Positions 1 through 15,185 of a stretch of DNA of 64,000 nt are shown here, one piece after another. Both the position numbers and the translations under genes were made by a program. The stretch covers positions 620,001 through 684,000 of the forward strand of contig NW_027117353.1 of the NCBI RefSeq assembly GCF_038025025.1, read 5' to 3'. Source of the DNA: Phyllosticta citribraziliensis. Lineage: Eukaryota. Positions within the stretch are counted from its first letter, which is position 1, and each line of letters opens with the position of its first letter. The notes under the pieces were generated by a model. It ran no database searches and was not told the DNA's origin. It saw only the letters and a program-made list of their open reading frames with translations.

Positions 1-58
1 GCGTGGAGCTGGTCTCTTGCGTGGAGCTGGTTTCTTGCTTGGAGCTGGTCTCTTGCTT
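1..58. repeat. 18-bp tandem repeat (~3 copies, possibly continuing upstream) encoding QETSS(T/K)
   Basis: gcgtggagctggtctctt / gcgtggagctggtttctt / gcttggagctggtctctt. Confidence 0.9.
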
Positions 59-412
59 TGTCGAGCTCGAACTAGAGCTGGAGGTCGATGACGGCTCCGC
101 TTTGGCCACCGAAGTAATGTGAGAAGTGGGCTTTGCCTTTGCCTTGTAGAAAGCAGCGGCCGTAGAGGTAGGAATGACGGTGGAGACTGGAGAGTCGGCG
201 TAGCGGAGGCGGCCAGCCGCAATGCCCTCTTTGCATTCTTTTTCTGACAGAATGGTGTCTCCCAAAGCGCAAACAGTGACGACGTTGATTTCGAGGCCGT
301 CCTCTTTCTCGATTGTATTGCGGCGGTGGTAGTGATGATGGTGATGCGATCCCAGCGCAAGCGCCGAGGCAGTCGCAAAGACGGCGCAAGAAGTGAGTAG
401 AATTGGCTTCAT
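1..412 (-). CDS. 5' part of a secreted SUN-family (GH132-like) cell-wall protein; runs off the window start
   Basis: ATG at 412 (minus) opens a frame with no stop to position 1: MKPILLTSCAVFATASALALGSHHHHHYHRRNTIEKEDGLEINVVTVCALGDTILSEKECKEGIAAGRLRYAD...SSSSSSTKQETSSKQETSSTQETSST. Signal peptide, His-rich stretch, dibasic site, Cys pair and Ser/Thr linker resemble the N-terminus of filamentous-fungal Sun1 proteins. The catalytic domain is outside the window. Confidence 0.65.
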   Translation of the reverse strand, partial: MKPILLTSCAVFATASALALGSHHHHHYHRRNTIEKEDGLEINVVTVCALGDTILSEKECKEGIAAGRLRYADSPVSTVIPTSTAAAFYKAKAKPTSHITSVAKAEPSSTSSSSSSSTKQETSSKQETSSTQETSST

Positions 413-3400
413 GTTGGTTTGTTTGAATGAACGCGCCGGAGGGGATTGGAGTGCGACTTAAGAAGCGCGAGGCAGCGAATTGACCAGATGCGCCGAGCAC
501 CTAGACCGGCTTTTGTCGCAAAAGAGAAGCAGAGAGAAATGGTCCGATGTAGCGCAACCAGGTTTGAGGCGCAATGTCTTGGACTGACGGATTGTGGCGG
601 TTGTCTGACGTAGAAGGAGGCTCTGCGAGAATGGGAAGACAGTCTTTTAAATCGGTCTCTGGCCAATTGATCGAACGGGTAAGTCTTGTCGAATGGTGTC
701 GGGCGCAATGAAGATGAGTTGGCGGCTGGGCGCAAACGAGCGTAGGAGCGGTGAGCTCAAAGAGTTCGGCTGGGAACTGGGGACGAAAGCGAACGAGGCG
801 AAGTGAAAGTGAAGGCAGCGAGTGAAGATAGACGGTCGAGGAGGAGAAGAGAAGAGAGGAGATGATGGGCTGGCCTGGGTTGGACGAGAAGAAGAGCAAA
901 GGTCAGCGCATCCATTCCCCAAAACATGGACATAGGGCCCGGCCCGTGCACGGGGTGATTGTTCCTTCCCCATTCAACTGGCATCCAATAATCGGCTCCA
1001 TCCGACTGGGCCTGACACACCCACAACCATAGAACTTACTTTGTTGTTGTTGGTTTCTTCCACGTCGTCAAGCCGTGAGTTGTCAGAGAGGAGATGCTGG
1101 GTGCTGATGCTAACCCCCGACTTCAGGATGACCAGCCCCATTTACATATCGCCCGTCCGAGTCCACGCTGCGCTGCGCTGCGCTGCGCTGCGCTGTCGAC
1201 GGTGAGCGTGCATTTGTGCTACATCACCACCTCTGGCGGGTACCTGACGCTAGCACAGTCGATAGCCTGTCATGCAAGGTGTGGCCATTGTAACCAAGCA
1301 ATCCTCGCACAATGGCTGCGATACTGGCACATGGCCAAGCGCGCGCTTCTCTGCTCCAGACCATCTGGGCATTGGTTTGGGTTGGATTGGACTCCCACCG
1401 ACACCATCATGGCTGACCGCACGGCAGTAACGAGTGGCGCGAGGCGAAAAGTCATCGACGGCTTGAGGTGAACGCTCGACAGAGTCGTCTCGTCGGCCTG
1501 CATTTTCTCCGACAGCTCCTGTCCTGCTGTCTGCCCTGTCTGGCCCTGTTACACAGCACCTCATTTGCCGACGACGCAGGTACAAATCCCGTCTTTGCTA
1601 CAGCGAGCGCCAACATGCCGTCTTCTCCATCGTCCAGCTCTTCTCTCGCACTCACAATCGGCATCGCCAGCCCAGCCGTTGCGGCCAGAGCTGGATCCAC
1701 GAGCCCAATGGTCAGCTGGTCGGTTGCTGCGGTCTCGACTTGCTCTTCGCAACGAGCCGAGCGTGCGTGAGCATGACTGCAGCCCAGCAGCAGCGTCGCG
1801 CAAGGGAGAGGTTCAAGTCCTCACGCTCATCTCCCGCCCATGTCAACGTGCCATGGGGTGACACGGCGACACAGTCGACACCCAGTCGGAGAGTCGTCCA
1901 CGGCAGCGGTCGCTGTCGTTTCTTCGGCCAACAAGACACATATGGCAAAGGCTGTGCTCTCGGGGACGTTGCCAGGCTGGCCGCAGGTACCTCCACCCAA
2001 CCACCATGCCTCCATCTCCCACGCACGACCGGCAGTACAGAAGCAGCACGCACGCTTCCCAACTCCTGCCTGCGTCACGGCTTCGCCTGCTATACGAGCC
2101 TTTTCAGCTTCGTGCAGCTTCGGCACGACCACTTGGATCCTGATTTTCGTCTTCCGTCTCTCTTCTCACCCGCTGCTGCACACCTGTCTTCGCCTCAGAC
2201 GGACGACATTCTTGCTCTGCTTCCTCTCAGTGGCTGGGTGGCCATTATCTTTCGGCCATTGAGCGACGCTGCCCAAGAACCTCGCCATTCGCGGTAATGC
2301 TACCGTGTCATCCGAATGTGTCGCTCGTCGTTATCCGTCGGCGATTCGTCCAGGCGATAGAATTTTCCAACCCCCATTGCACCACTCGTGGTGTTTTGGG
2401 TGAGCGGTGCGAGGGCGCGTTACTGCGACTGGTCAGGTGTCGGAAGGGAGAAGGAAAAATTTTCGAGAAAATGATTGCCCCAGACCTTCATTCCTCTGCA
2501 GAGGCTGACTAGCTGAGTAGCAGACCCTGGTGTGGACCCTCGACACGCGGCACACGAGCCGCAGACGACTGTAATCCGCCTGTAATGACTTCATTCCTAA
2601 CCCTTTCGCATTTTTTCTTCCCGCTGTCCCATTGTGAAAAGACACGGCTCCGGGTCGAGCGCAAAAATCACGACTCGGCGTCAATCCACGAACGCTGCTG
2701 TCAGGAATGCGGTGTCGCCGAAGTCCAAAACCTTGACGGGCGAATGGCGATACGCGTCTGTCCAGCAGCAGACTTTCAATATTTCCTTTTTCGCATGCGA
2801 TCCGTCAGTCTTGGTGCATTGCCACTTCTCGCCGTAGGTACCAGCGTGGTCTGACCCGACGCAGTCGACGATGGCCGAGAGACGGACGACTCGACCCATC
2901 CCACCTCATCCTCCGCCTCCCGTCACATCACACGACGATGGTCTGGACGCAGAGGCCGGACTTGTTCGTTGCCTGGGTAGTGACTGAAGAGCCGACTCAG
3001 CCCTGCAACGTTTTCAGACTGACTACCACCTCCATACCGTGGCCGTCCGGCAGTCACTTTGTTATGCGTTCGAAGCAAGGGGCACGAAAGCTCGCGCTCG
3101 CGCCCCCAATCTTTCCAACAAACCAATCCCGCGCCCACACCATTTACTCACCCTGAACGATCGCAGCACGCAGCGAGGCATTTGCCAAAAGACTGCCCGC
3201 GCCCAGCAGGGCTGGACCTCATGGCCTGCGCTGCGCCGCGCCGCACAACCGACCCAGCGCAGAGGTAGGTTTAACGGTTTTTGCGACCCGACCGCCTTTT
3301 GCCCTGCAGATTGACGAATGGACGGACAGACGGCGGACGGCTTGAGCGTATCAGTCCAATCGCAAACACCGCCGTCGTTGCGTCGTCGATGCCGCTCTGT

Positions 3401-4278
3401 CCGCATGATCTGACGTTGCGAAGCGCGCTATCTATCGGCTCATGAGCGCACGTCGGTCGGTCCAGTCGAGTAGAGTAGTGGCCAATCGCTCCGTTGCGGC
3501 TGGCAGAAGTGCGTGCTGGGAGCTTGCGACGCGACGGCATGCCTTGCCATGCGATGTGATACGTACCTTGGCCGCTCAGGCGTGGGCGGCGTGGTGCAGG
3601 CGTGCGAGGAGCGGTACACACCACCACCGCAATACCACTGCACGAGGGAAGTACCAATATCTCTCTGTCGTCAACCTCATGTGTGTGTTTATGTGCGTGA
3701 CCACGCGGCCCTCGGTTGGCGACAAGGAAGAGCAAGGCAGCAGCAAAGCAACCAAGGGAGGACGCGAGGAGGTGAGGAGGTGGAGAAGCACGCGTGGTGA
3801 AGGCGAACTCCCACCACCACCAGGAGGTAGAATGCATCCGCGGTGCTCCCAGTGCGGCAGTCGTCACGTACGTCTGCTCCAGCTGGCTCGCTCGCCACTA
3901 TCTCCTTCCCTTCAGCACCATTTGCCATGGATGGTGCTCTGCTCTGCAGGTCTGCTCTTCTTTCGCTGCTCTCATTCCACCGCCCAGACACATACAACGA
4001 TGCATTACCTACAGGCTCGGACTCGAGCCATGTCAAACATCAAACAGCAAACGAACGCAAAGGTCACATGCCCTTTCCCTATTCTCTTTTTCTTCCCTCT
4101 TTCCCGTCTACCCACCACCACCACCACCACTGCTACTGATGCTGCTGCTGCCGTGGCAACGTGACATGCTCGGCTCCGCTGGGCGGTGCTCAGCGTTGCG
4201 TGTTTGCCAAGGGATGGATGGGAGAGGAGTGGATGGGGGTTGACAGAGGGTGGTCACGCGATGGTTGGACGTGTTGGC

Positions 4279-4350
4279 GGAGGAGGAGGAGGAGGAGGAG
4301 GAGGAGGAGGAGGAGGAGGAGGAGGAGGAGGAGGAGGAGGAGGAGGAGGA
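4279..4350. repeat. (GGA)24 microsatellite
   Basis: Perfect trinucleotide run in an intergenic region. Confidence 0.97.
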
Positions 4351-5987
4351 GAAGGTGATGACGGGGCTGGATGGCTGAGTTGAGTCTCTAGTGGTTGAGT
4401 AGGTGGGTTGGTAGAGAGCAGTCAGTCAGCAGGTGTCCGTCATGTTTCGTCGTTCGTCTGCTGCGCATATGTAGCGTCAGATGGACTTGGATGGATAAGG
4501 TAGATAACGGGGCGCTGCCTGCGTCTTTGCTCTTGGTCGTCCGATCTACTTTTGCTTCCGGCGAGTCGACGCTTCGATGCCATGGCCGAAGTCGGCCTTT
4601 TTCGACGGCTGGCCGAGGGGAAATGATTACACGATGGAGAGATGGAGAGAACCAAAAAAAAAAGAAAAGTGAAAGATCAACTTGACCTTGGCCAGCCATC
4701 TTGTGAATCCATACATGATGTGTCTAGTAGTTGGCTAACAAGCCACACCGGCAGGACTGTGGGAGGAGTACCTATGTACCTGAGCAGACGAGGCGCGGCG
4801 GTGAGGTGGCGTGTGGGCACGAGCGGCCAGGGCAGCGGCCGACCGATGGATTCATTCTTGTCGCCGCTGACCGAGAGCTGCGGAAGATTGCCGCGCGCGA
4901 CGCCGACACTCACTCCTCAAGGACCAATCGACATGAGGCGCGCAAAAGCAGAAGAGCAGCAGCCGCGCCGGTCGACAGATGGGATGGATGGAACACAGTA
5001 GAGAGGAACGGCCCGAAGGGCAGTCCGGCTTATCTCCTCCAATATCCGGCCACCGTCCGTTAGGAGCGTCGGCCATGGTCTAAGCCTCACTCGCTGGCTC
5101 GCGCCCGCCTAGGTCTTTTAATAATAACAAATTTTTTCTTGCTCTGCTGCTGCGCGAGCGAGGAGGCGGAGCAGGCAGGCAGAGCATCCATACGGAAAAT
5201 GTGTGGTTTTAGAATTGGCTGCGCTCGTGTTCGTGCCCGGGAATGACGTCGGCGGGCAGCTGAGGTAGGGTTGCCGTGCTCGGTTGGAGACTGCGGTGGA
5301 GGAGGTCCGGTCAAGACGTGACGGGAGACGGGAGGAGGGCGGGTGCCAGGAGAGGTCCGTCAGTCGTTCATTTCGGCAGCGGTGCCGCCCGCGGGTGGTG
5401 GATTCCTAGGAGTAGGATGGGATGGGATGGGATGGGATAGGAGGGACGTAGGGAGGTGTAGCTTGGCCGTGGCTGACGCTGTCGCAAGTCGCGTGTGGCG
5501 GATGCCAATCAAGGCGGCGGATGCAGACGCTGGCGTTGTGGCGGGGACGATGGGTGGTTGATATGCAGGTGAAGCTCCGGGGGTGAGGTCACCACGGCGG
5601 CGTGGCTCTCTCGTACCGTACCGTGCGGCACCTCCACACCCAGTCCAGTGCACTCACTCCATCAACACCTCGTGTCCGGCCCAAGCGTGGCGATGAAACT
5701 GCGGCGGAAACGCGCAGCTGGCCAAGACTCAAGACACGCGTCGCAATGCCGTCCTAGACGTCTGCCCTGAATATGTACACGGCCTTGTCCCTCTGCAATC
5801 CGCTCCTCTCAGGCCTACGACCTTGACCTTGCGTGCCAACCCTCTCTCAACCCTCCCGCTACCTTACCCAAGCTTTACCGACTTACTTTTCTCGCCTGTC
5901 TCTAAGCCTCGCTGTTGACCACTCCTCGTCGGCCTCAAATACTCCTCCTTCTCCCTCGCCTCCGCTCTCTCCACACACATTGACACC

Positions 5988-7071
5988 ATGGCGTCCAACA
6001 CATCACCGACTTCTCGCTCACCACCGGAAATCATCACCATGACTGCACCCTCCGACTCACACGCCAAATCAACAAAATCCGAAGAAACCACATTGGCATG
6101 CGAGTACGACCCAGATGCAGAATTTCAGGGCGACGTTGCCGTCTCGCAGGACCTGCCTTCGCAAAAAGACGTCGACCGCTGCGCCGACATGCTCGTTCTC
6201 GGAGCCGACGGGGAATCAAGACCATTCAAGAGCCTATACTCTGGCGAAGGCGTAGCAACGCGGCAGCTGATAATTTTCGTGCGGCATTTTTTCTGCGGCG
6301 TACGTTTTCCCTTCCGTTTGCGGGACAAGCAAAGAATGGCCAAAAAAAGCTGACGTGCCCACCTACCAGAATTGCCAGGAATTCCTCCGAACGCTGTGCG
6401 CAAGCATCACGCCCGACGCGCTCCTCCAACTCGGGACGCCCACCTTCATCACCGTCGTCGGCTGCGGCCGCCCCGAGCTGATTCCCGCGTACGCGCAGAC
6501 GACCGGCTGCCCGTTTCCCATCTTCGCCGATCCGACCACCAGGCTGTACGCGCAGCTGGGGATGCAGCGGTCGCTGTCGCTCGGGCACAAGAAGCCCGAC
6601 TACCTCAACCGAACAAGCGTGGTGCAGACGACGGTGGCGGGCATCTACCAGAGCATCAAGAGCGGGCGCGGCGCGCTGCAGGGCGGCGACATTCGGCAGA
6701 TTGGCGGCGAGGTGCTGTTCGAGGACGAGCAGGTGACGTGGATTCACCGCATGAAGAACACGAGAGACCACTCGGAGATCCAGGAGCTGCGGCGCGTGCT
6801 CGGGCTCAAGGCGGAACCCAAGGTGGAAGATGAGGGCAGCAGACGGGGCCGGAGTCGTGGGGCGTCGGCCGTGTCGAAGCGGACGAGCAAGAGCTGGAGT
6901 CGGAAGAGCGATTCGGCGTCGGACAAGGAAAAGGACATGATGCAAAAGGAGTACGGGTACAAGGAGGACGAAAAGGAGAAGCGCAAGAGCAAGAGGCGGT
7001 CTTTTCTGCCCGACATGTTTGCCAAGCGGGAGGAACCGCCCTCGCCGTTGGACGAGTACCAGAAGTTGTAG
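5988..7071 (+). CDS. AhpC/TSA_2 peroxiredoxin-like (thioredoxin-fold) protein, 2 exons (5988-6299, 6370-7071)
   Basis: Splicing joins IIFVRHFFCG|NCQEFL (CxxC). FPIFADPTTRLYAQLG and GDIRQIGGEVLF motifs are typical of the family. GTACGT donor, CTGAC branch, CAG acceptor. Confidence 0.85.
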
Positions 7072-7681
7072 TAAGTAGTTTTGCACGGCAGCCAGGCGTT
7101 TGGGGACGGCGTAGGGGGGCAGCGACGGCGTTTCAATCAAGGGTTTCACGGCAGCATCTGCAGGTCTAAATGTCCAGCGAGGCAGTTATATCGCGACATG
7201 AGGTGGTCTGGTGCAGACGTCCATGTCTTCTGTTGTTGGCGCGGGACAGCATGACGTCGGATCAATCAGCACGCTGCGATAATTCCGCGCTTAGTCAATG
7301 CGACGACTTGACGATTCGCCGGCCAAGGACAGCAATTTTATCACGATGAGTGGAGCCTCTGGGAGCCACCGCTTGGCCTGGAATTGTTGGTGCCGTACAG
7401 CAGTATTGTAGTCGTAGATAGCAACAGAGTCCGCGGGGCCGAAATGGGCAAAAGATTCCGCAGCGAGAACCCCGCCAAAGGTACCTTTACCCCGCCGCCA
7501 ACCTCATCGTCAGCCTGCATGGCATGGAGACGCCCTGCTGCCAACAAGCCCAGTGCCGGGCGAGAGGAGGCGAGGGGAGCCCAGTGGAAGCCAGAATGCG
7601 AGATGGTGCCATTGGTCGGTTCCCATTGTAGACACCGTCGCTCCACGTCGATATCCTGTATCCGCCGGTCTTGGGCTTGGT

Positions 7682-7702
7682 CCCCCCCCCCCCCCCCCCC
7701 CC
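7682..7702. repeat. C21 homopolymer ~130 nt upstream of the ADH3 start
   Basis: Direct observation. Confidence 0.95.
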
Positions 7703-7830
7703 ACATGGCTCCTGCGCGCCGGATGGTGCTGCCGGTCGTTCAAATAGACCTCTCCACCCTTCCTTGACCACATCAACATCTCCCTCTCTCTCTCTCTCGC
7801 ACATCTTTCAATCCTCGCAATCTCGACATC

Positions 7831-9313
<1,483 letters not shown>

Positions 9314-10278
9314 CTGCGATCCGCGTTGTAAAGAGGGGTTGATTGGCTTGTGGAGTTGAAGAAAAAAATTCAAGAGGAGTGTGCGGCGGCTTTGAAGTGA
9401 TTTCTTTTCCCCTGGGTCGGCTTGGGTTTTAGGGATGGATGGATGGATGTAAAGACAAAAGCGCCTGCCATATGCAGTGTTGTCTGGATGAGGTTGAATG
9501 GGACTGGTTTCCAATGCTTCGGCTTGCGGCGAGTGGCTGTGACGTCCTGATTGCTCCACCTGCTCTGTATCGCAGTCGACTGACGCTGGATAGACATAGG
9601 TCCCTTGTGCTGGCCAGCATGGCATGTGAAACGGTCGGTGGATTGACAGGGACATGCGTGGATGCCTCGGTGTCTCCGTCGGCAGATCTTGGGTACCATC
9701 CACCGCCTACCGCAACTACGACAGTCGTCGCTTGTCGAACGATACTGTATTGTTCTGTTCGCAACTTGGGACTCTGGAACCGACTTGCAATCGTGTTCTG
9801 TCTGTTTGGTTAATTTTAAGAGCATGGAGATGATGCGAAGTCTGTCGGCTTGGAATCCGAGAACTTGGAATTGGATGCCAAGCTGCTTGATGGATAGTCG
9901 ATAGCGTCCAGTGAGTATTTCGTGAAATGTTGAAATTGATGCAACTGCTAATCAGGAAATAAAGTGTCTACATGCGAAATCATGGTCCACGACTGCCAAT
10001 TGCGATCCCAACACGTACGAGGCCTCACGTCTCTTGTCGATGCCGTCTCGTGAGTCCCCCCATGTCCGTCCAAGCTGAGAAGCATCGTCTCACTGACACT
10101 TGCCTCATTCAGATTCAGATCTTAACGCCGGCGAATAGAAAACTACTAACAACCTTATGGCAAGTGCTATGACTACCTGACTCTGATTGTCCAACAATTG
10201 CTCATCCTTCCATCAACACCTTCCAACTTCCATCATCACTAGGACAGCCGTACCAGAACATTCGTCTAAAACCAAGCC

Positions 10279-12159
10279 ATGGAAAGCAAAGAGACTGCCA
10301 TGTCCACATCCAGCATTCTTCCACTTCACATCAAATCCAGCAAACAATCGCTCTCCCATGCAGCGAGCGAGGAACCCAGCAATTTCGACTCGTCATCTCT
10401 CCAAAGCGACCGCTCTCAAGACGACGAAAATGCATCTGATCCGGAACGACCGGATTCTAGCCTCACCACCGACTCGGAGTCTGAAGCAAACCCGACCATC
10501 TCTCTGCTGCCCTCGGAACCAACCACTCCAATCAATTCTCTCCTTTCCCTGTCCGAGACACCCTACAGGCTCCTCGCCGCTCACCACCCGACTACTGGCC
10601 GCGTCTACAAGATCCAAGCCCTCCCCGGAAAAGGCGTCGGCATGCTCGCCACGGCCTTGATCCCGACCGGCACGCGCCTCCTCGCCGAGACGCCCATCAT
10701 GACGGTGCAGCGGCGCGACTGGCAATACGACAGGACGCAGCGCAACGCCGTCGTCAGCGCGTACCTCTCGCTGCCGCACCCGTACATGCAGCTCTTCGAC
10801 GCGCTGCACCACGCGCCCTCGCAGTTCCAGGACTGGCACGGCTTGATCGAAACCGAGTACAACGACGCGGCGCCCTTTGGCCCTGAAGACCCTCCCCCGG
10901 ACGTCCCGTTTGACGGCGTGCTGTCGCGCATCGAGCAGTCGCGCGTCATGGCTGTCTTCTCGACGAATGCATTTGGCGTCTGCCCCAGCAGCAGCAGCAC
11001 CAATGTGGCGGCAGTCATCTGCGCTGAGGCTTCGCGCCTGAACCACTCGTGCACGCCCAACATCCAGTTCACGTGGAACGAAAACGTCCTGGGTGGCGCC
11101 ATCACCATGCACGCCCTCCGCGATATTCTACCCGGAGAGGAAATCACGGCAAGCTATGTCGACCTACTCAAGAGTTTTTCAGAGCGCAAGGAAAAGTTGC
11201 GCAATGGCTACGGCTTCGATTGCGACTGTGTCGTCTGCAGTGCGAATGACGAGGTCATTGCAGCCAGTGATGCCCGCCGCCACACCATCCGCGAAAGCCT
11301 CTTCACTTGTCGCACAGCGCGCGAAGACGAGCCGTGGATGCGCGAGCTGAGCGTCGAGTTCAGGGAGCGACTGGATTCGACCGTCGGCCTGCTCAAGGAG
11401 GAGGGCCTGGTTAACGTGATCCTGAGTAACGCGTCCGTTCCCCTCCCCTTCCCCTTCCCCTTTCTCGTCGTCGTCCGCGACTCAACAGCCCGCTGACGGA
11501 TTAGACACGTGTGCAGCTTGGAGATGGGCATCGTCCCCGGCGACCGCGTCTACCTGCAGCAAGTACTCGCGGTCCTGAAACGCTGCATCGGCGCGGACCA
11601 CAAATGGTATTTGGGCATGCAGGCACAGCTCTCTCATCTCGAAGACGCGGCAGCATCGGCATTCGAGGCGCCCACGGATCAGTGCGAGGAGGGGAACGCA
11701 TCGACGCATGAGTCTGCCGCCAACCCGCCGACGCAAGCTGAGTCGTCGAGCGCAGACGTCGTCGCGGAGTCCAGCGCCGCCGCCGCTGCTGCTGCTGCGT
11801 CCACTTCCTCCTGTGCTGTCGGCCACTCCGCCGATGCTGGCGCGCCTGCCCCTGAGATGGCTTCGACGGCAAACGGCGAACCAGCCTCTCGTACTGATGC
11901 CCCCGGGTTTCCAGCCAGTGACGAGAACGACAGCAGTGTCGAATCCACAGATACCGACGCCGCCGACTTCGACGACATTCCGTGCTTCGACGGCGCATGC
12001 GACGACGACGACGCTGCCGTCCCGCCTCGCATCCGTACCGGCTACACTGCCTCCGCTCGCGCCTCGTCTTCCGCCTCTGACTCGGGACGTGACGACACGC
12101 TCCGCCGCAACTTGGTGGTGCAAAAGAAGGAGAAAGGGAAAAATAGAGAAATTGCGTAA
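10279..12159 (+). CDS. SET-domain protein (putative lysine methyltransferase); likely intron ~11433-11503; possible frameshifted C-terminal extension to 12607
   Basis: GKGVGMLAT, ASRLNHSCTPN, ALRDILPGEEITASY and post-SET GFDCDCVVC motifs. Confidence 0.85.
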
Positions 12160-13173
12160 GAAGGACGACGCTACAGCAGGCCGCGTGCACAAGCGGGGCT
12201 CGCGGCGTGCACAGCGGCAGCTTGCCTCTGCCTCTGCTTCCGACTCCGACCATGGCTCTGACTCTGACGTCCCGCTCGGCAAGGTACTCGTGGCGGCGAA
12301 AAAGAAGTGGAAAGAGCGAGAGAAGCAGAAGGCAGACGAAGGGAAAGAGAGAGTAGAAGCAGCAGAAGGAGCAGAGCAGCAGGAGAAATTCGACACTCTC
12401 ACTCTCACCGCAGGCGGCACAGAGCGCTGCTACGCCCTCGTGCCGCTGGGTCGCCTCCGACGCAACTGCAATGATGTTGTCATGTGTGGTTGTCGTTGCC
12501 ATGGTGGTTGCGTGAAGTGTGGTTGTGTGGCGCTGGCGAAGGAGAAGAGGGAGGAGGAGGAGGAGGAGAGCGAGGGAAAGGGAGAAGAAGTAAGAGGGAG
12601 GCGATGAGTGGATGCGGATGCATTTGGTGTTGAGGTGAGGCGGGCATGATGAGCTGAGATGGGGTCGTGTGGTGGTGGCGTGGTGGTTGCGTGGTGCAGC
12701 AGAGTAGTTAAAGGATGCATGGGGATTGCATTGGATCAGTTCAATCGATAGGCTTTGGCTCGGTTCATTTTGCTGCCGTGTGGTGCGGTATGGTTTGGGT
12801 AGCCACTTTCGCTCCATATGAATGCGTGGGTGGGCATGGGCAGTTGGGATGGGCATGGGCGAGGGACGGGGAAATCAGGGGGAGGAGGGATGCGAGGGAT
12901 GAGGGGTGTTCTTTTGCTGTGTTGTCCATCCCCCGTCCCGCCCCCCCATTTTTTCTTTCTTTCTTCCTTTCCTTTGGATTTGGGCTTTTAGCAGTAATAG
13001 AAGCGGCAGTGGTGCGGTACTAGTTGGATAGTTGGATTGGTGGAGAGGTAGGGGAACGCTGTGGATTCAGTCAGTCAGGCGTTGAGTTGCTCGATACAGA
13101 AAGGGCTGGAAATGGATGCGAATTGGAGGTGTGTTAAAAAGACATTTCGGATGCTTTGCCGCAAGATGTGGCT

Positions 13174-14964
13174 CTATGCGCGTCTCGACGAGACACTTCT
13201 CCTTGTTTGCTGGTGGAGCATATCGTAGTCCTCCTGCAGCGGCACCAGCACGGCTTCGTGGAACCAATTCAGGAACCCGTCGCTCTCCAAGTCAGACGGG
13301 ACGTGTTGAATGCAACTCCTAACCGCAGACGCAATGTTCGGCAGCTCGTCTTCCTGCACCCTGATTGCGTACCAGGGCGCGTCGCTATAGGGCGACAGAG
13401 GTTTTCGGTAAATGAGTTCGAGCAATGCGACACCGAGATAGTAGACCATCTCGTCGTGGCGGAAGGACAGTCCGGTGTCGTTGGCGTTGGACTGGGTTGC
13501 AGCCGTTGCCGACATCTCGAAGTCTTTTGCAATTGCGAGGTGCGTTTCACGGCCTGCATTGCTCAGAACAATATCGTCGAGCGTCCATTTCCCCCTGAGC
13601 CAGCTTGTTTCGTGGAACTGGAGCACGGCCGAGGCCAGAAGCAGACACATTGTCCGTCTGTAGCCGTCAGTAGAGCAAATTGGCCAGCCATTTTCGTAGA
13701 TGTACCTTTCTCTGGTTGATAGCATGAGCTGTGTGTCGAGAATCGCTTCGCGAAGCGACCTTGTGTTTGCCGGATTGATATTTACGGGAGTTGGATCATC
13801 GTGGACGTGATAATGCCATTCTTGGTCATGGAAGACACCGCGGCACAAATCATCGGTGTGGATTTGGGCCAAATTGGCACACAAATCAGCTATTGCCGCA
13901 TGTGAGCTGCATCTGCCTTGGTGGTCGTCTTCAGGGGGTAAAGAAATGCTTGGAACTGTGCTGTCATTGTGGGTGGAAGTTCTGAGCAGTGACTGGTCAG
14001 CCAGACAGCAGCTCCGCAAGATGCCAAAGGCGGCACTCACCCTATAGATATAGGAATCACATGAGTGTGGTAGCATCCTAGTTGGGAAGCGGTTTGCGAA
14101 TCTTTCAGAATAAATGAGCAACTCAAGCTTTCTTTTGAGCCCAGCGCCTTGTCGCCGTGCCCTAGTATACTAAGCCGCATCTGGGCACAGTGAAGGTGTG
14201 CAGAACATTGCTGAGCAGACCACAGTGTCTCTAGGCTGTCGTGTAGTCGCTGGGAGTGTTCTTGGCTCCTTATCCATGCTGCGGTTTCCATCCTTTTCCG
14301 TTTGTGGCCTTGGCGTTGCTCTCCTAATTGAATAGCTTTAGGAATGATAGGACCAATCTTTTGGATGCACGCCTCAATGTTCCTCAGCATTTCGTCGTAC
14401 TTGTTGGTCTTAAAGCCACCCTTGATCCGCTTCAAATGTTCCTTGAAAAAGCTTTTCAGGACCACATCCTTCTCTCCGTGAGCGTCTCGTTGGGACTGGT
14501 AATCATGTCAGCTTTGTTTGCAAGGACGAAGCTTGGGAACCAACTCTCCAATCTTCTGGGGGCTCAAGCTGATCGCGCAAGTCTATCAGTTCCGCCCGAA
14601 TGTAGTTTGCCGCGCCCTCGAATGCGTCGTAGAATTGCTGCCCCAGGTGTTCCTGCAAGATATCCTGGATGTCTTTGTCGTCCCATCCACTCTGTTCATC
14701 CAGGAGATCCATTGGAAGGGAAAGGCCAATCAGCAGCTCGTCGCAGGTTTGTTTCCAGCCTGCCATGGCCAGCTTCAGGCTCACATCCAGGTCGTCAAAT
14801 CTGCGGCCATACCCAAAGATTCTCCCGACCTGACAAAGAGACGGAACGGTCAATGGGGTAGCTCAGACGTCTTGAAAGCTTCGGCCTTGACTTACGCTTT
14901 TCTTGTATTGGGTGATGAGTGGGAGAATCCCCAAAATCAGGCCAACAATCTCAACGCCCGACAT
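13174..14964 (-). CDS. Fungal protein with a HeLo-like/SesA-type N-terminal helix and a C-terminal degenerate kinase-like (DUF7580-type) region; 4 exons
   Basis: ATG 14964: MSGVEIVGLILGILPLITQYKKS|VGRIFGYGRRFDDLDVSLKL... Introns near 14895-14830, 14543-14496 and 14040-13983. C-terminal LLASAVLQFHETSWLRGKWTLDDI and YYLGVALLELIYRKPL motifs. Confidence 0.7.
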
Positions 14965-15185
14965 TGAACGCTCCACATGGGCTCAATCGTACAGAGATGG
15001 GTATGCGCTGCGCAAGTTGAGCGAGAGGATGTGTAGTCACTTCAGCCTCGCGCTGACAGCGTTTGTCGTCGAGTGGGGGCCACAGTGGGCGGTGTCACAA
15101 AGTGGAGATGCGGGGCTGGTACACGACACGCGGAAGGGAAAGGAGAAACCCCGTCCTCTCTACACCAGCAACCTCAAAAGGCATC

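Noticed and set aside
72..500. 142-aa minus ORF in the track
   Set aside because: Wrong frame; the overlapping frame from ATG 412 has a signal peptide and family-like features
1094..5653. Many 60-240 aa ORFs, including poly-Arg/poly-Gly ORFs over the GGA repeat
   Set aside because: No recognisable motifs; explained by GC-rich intergenic sequence and microsatellites
11501..12856. 451-aa and 312-aa minus ORFs
   Set aside because: Antisense shadows of the GC-rich SET gene
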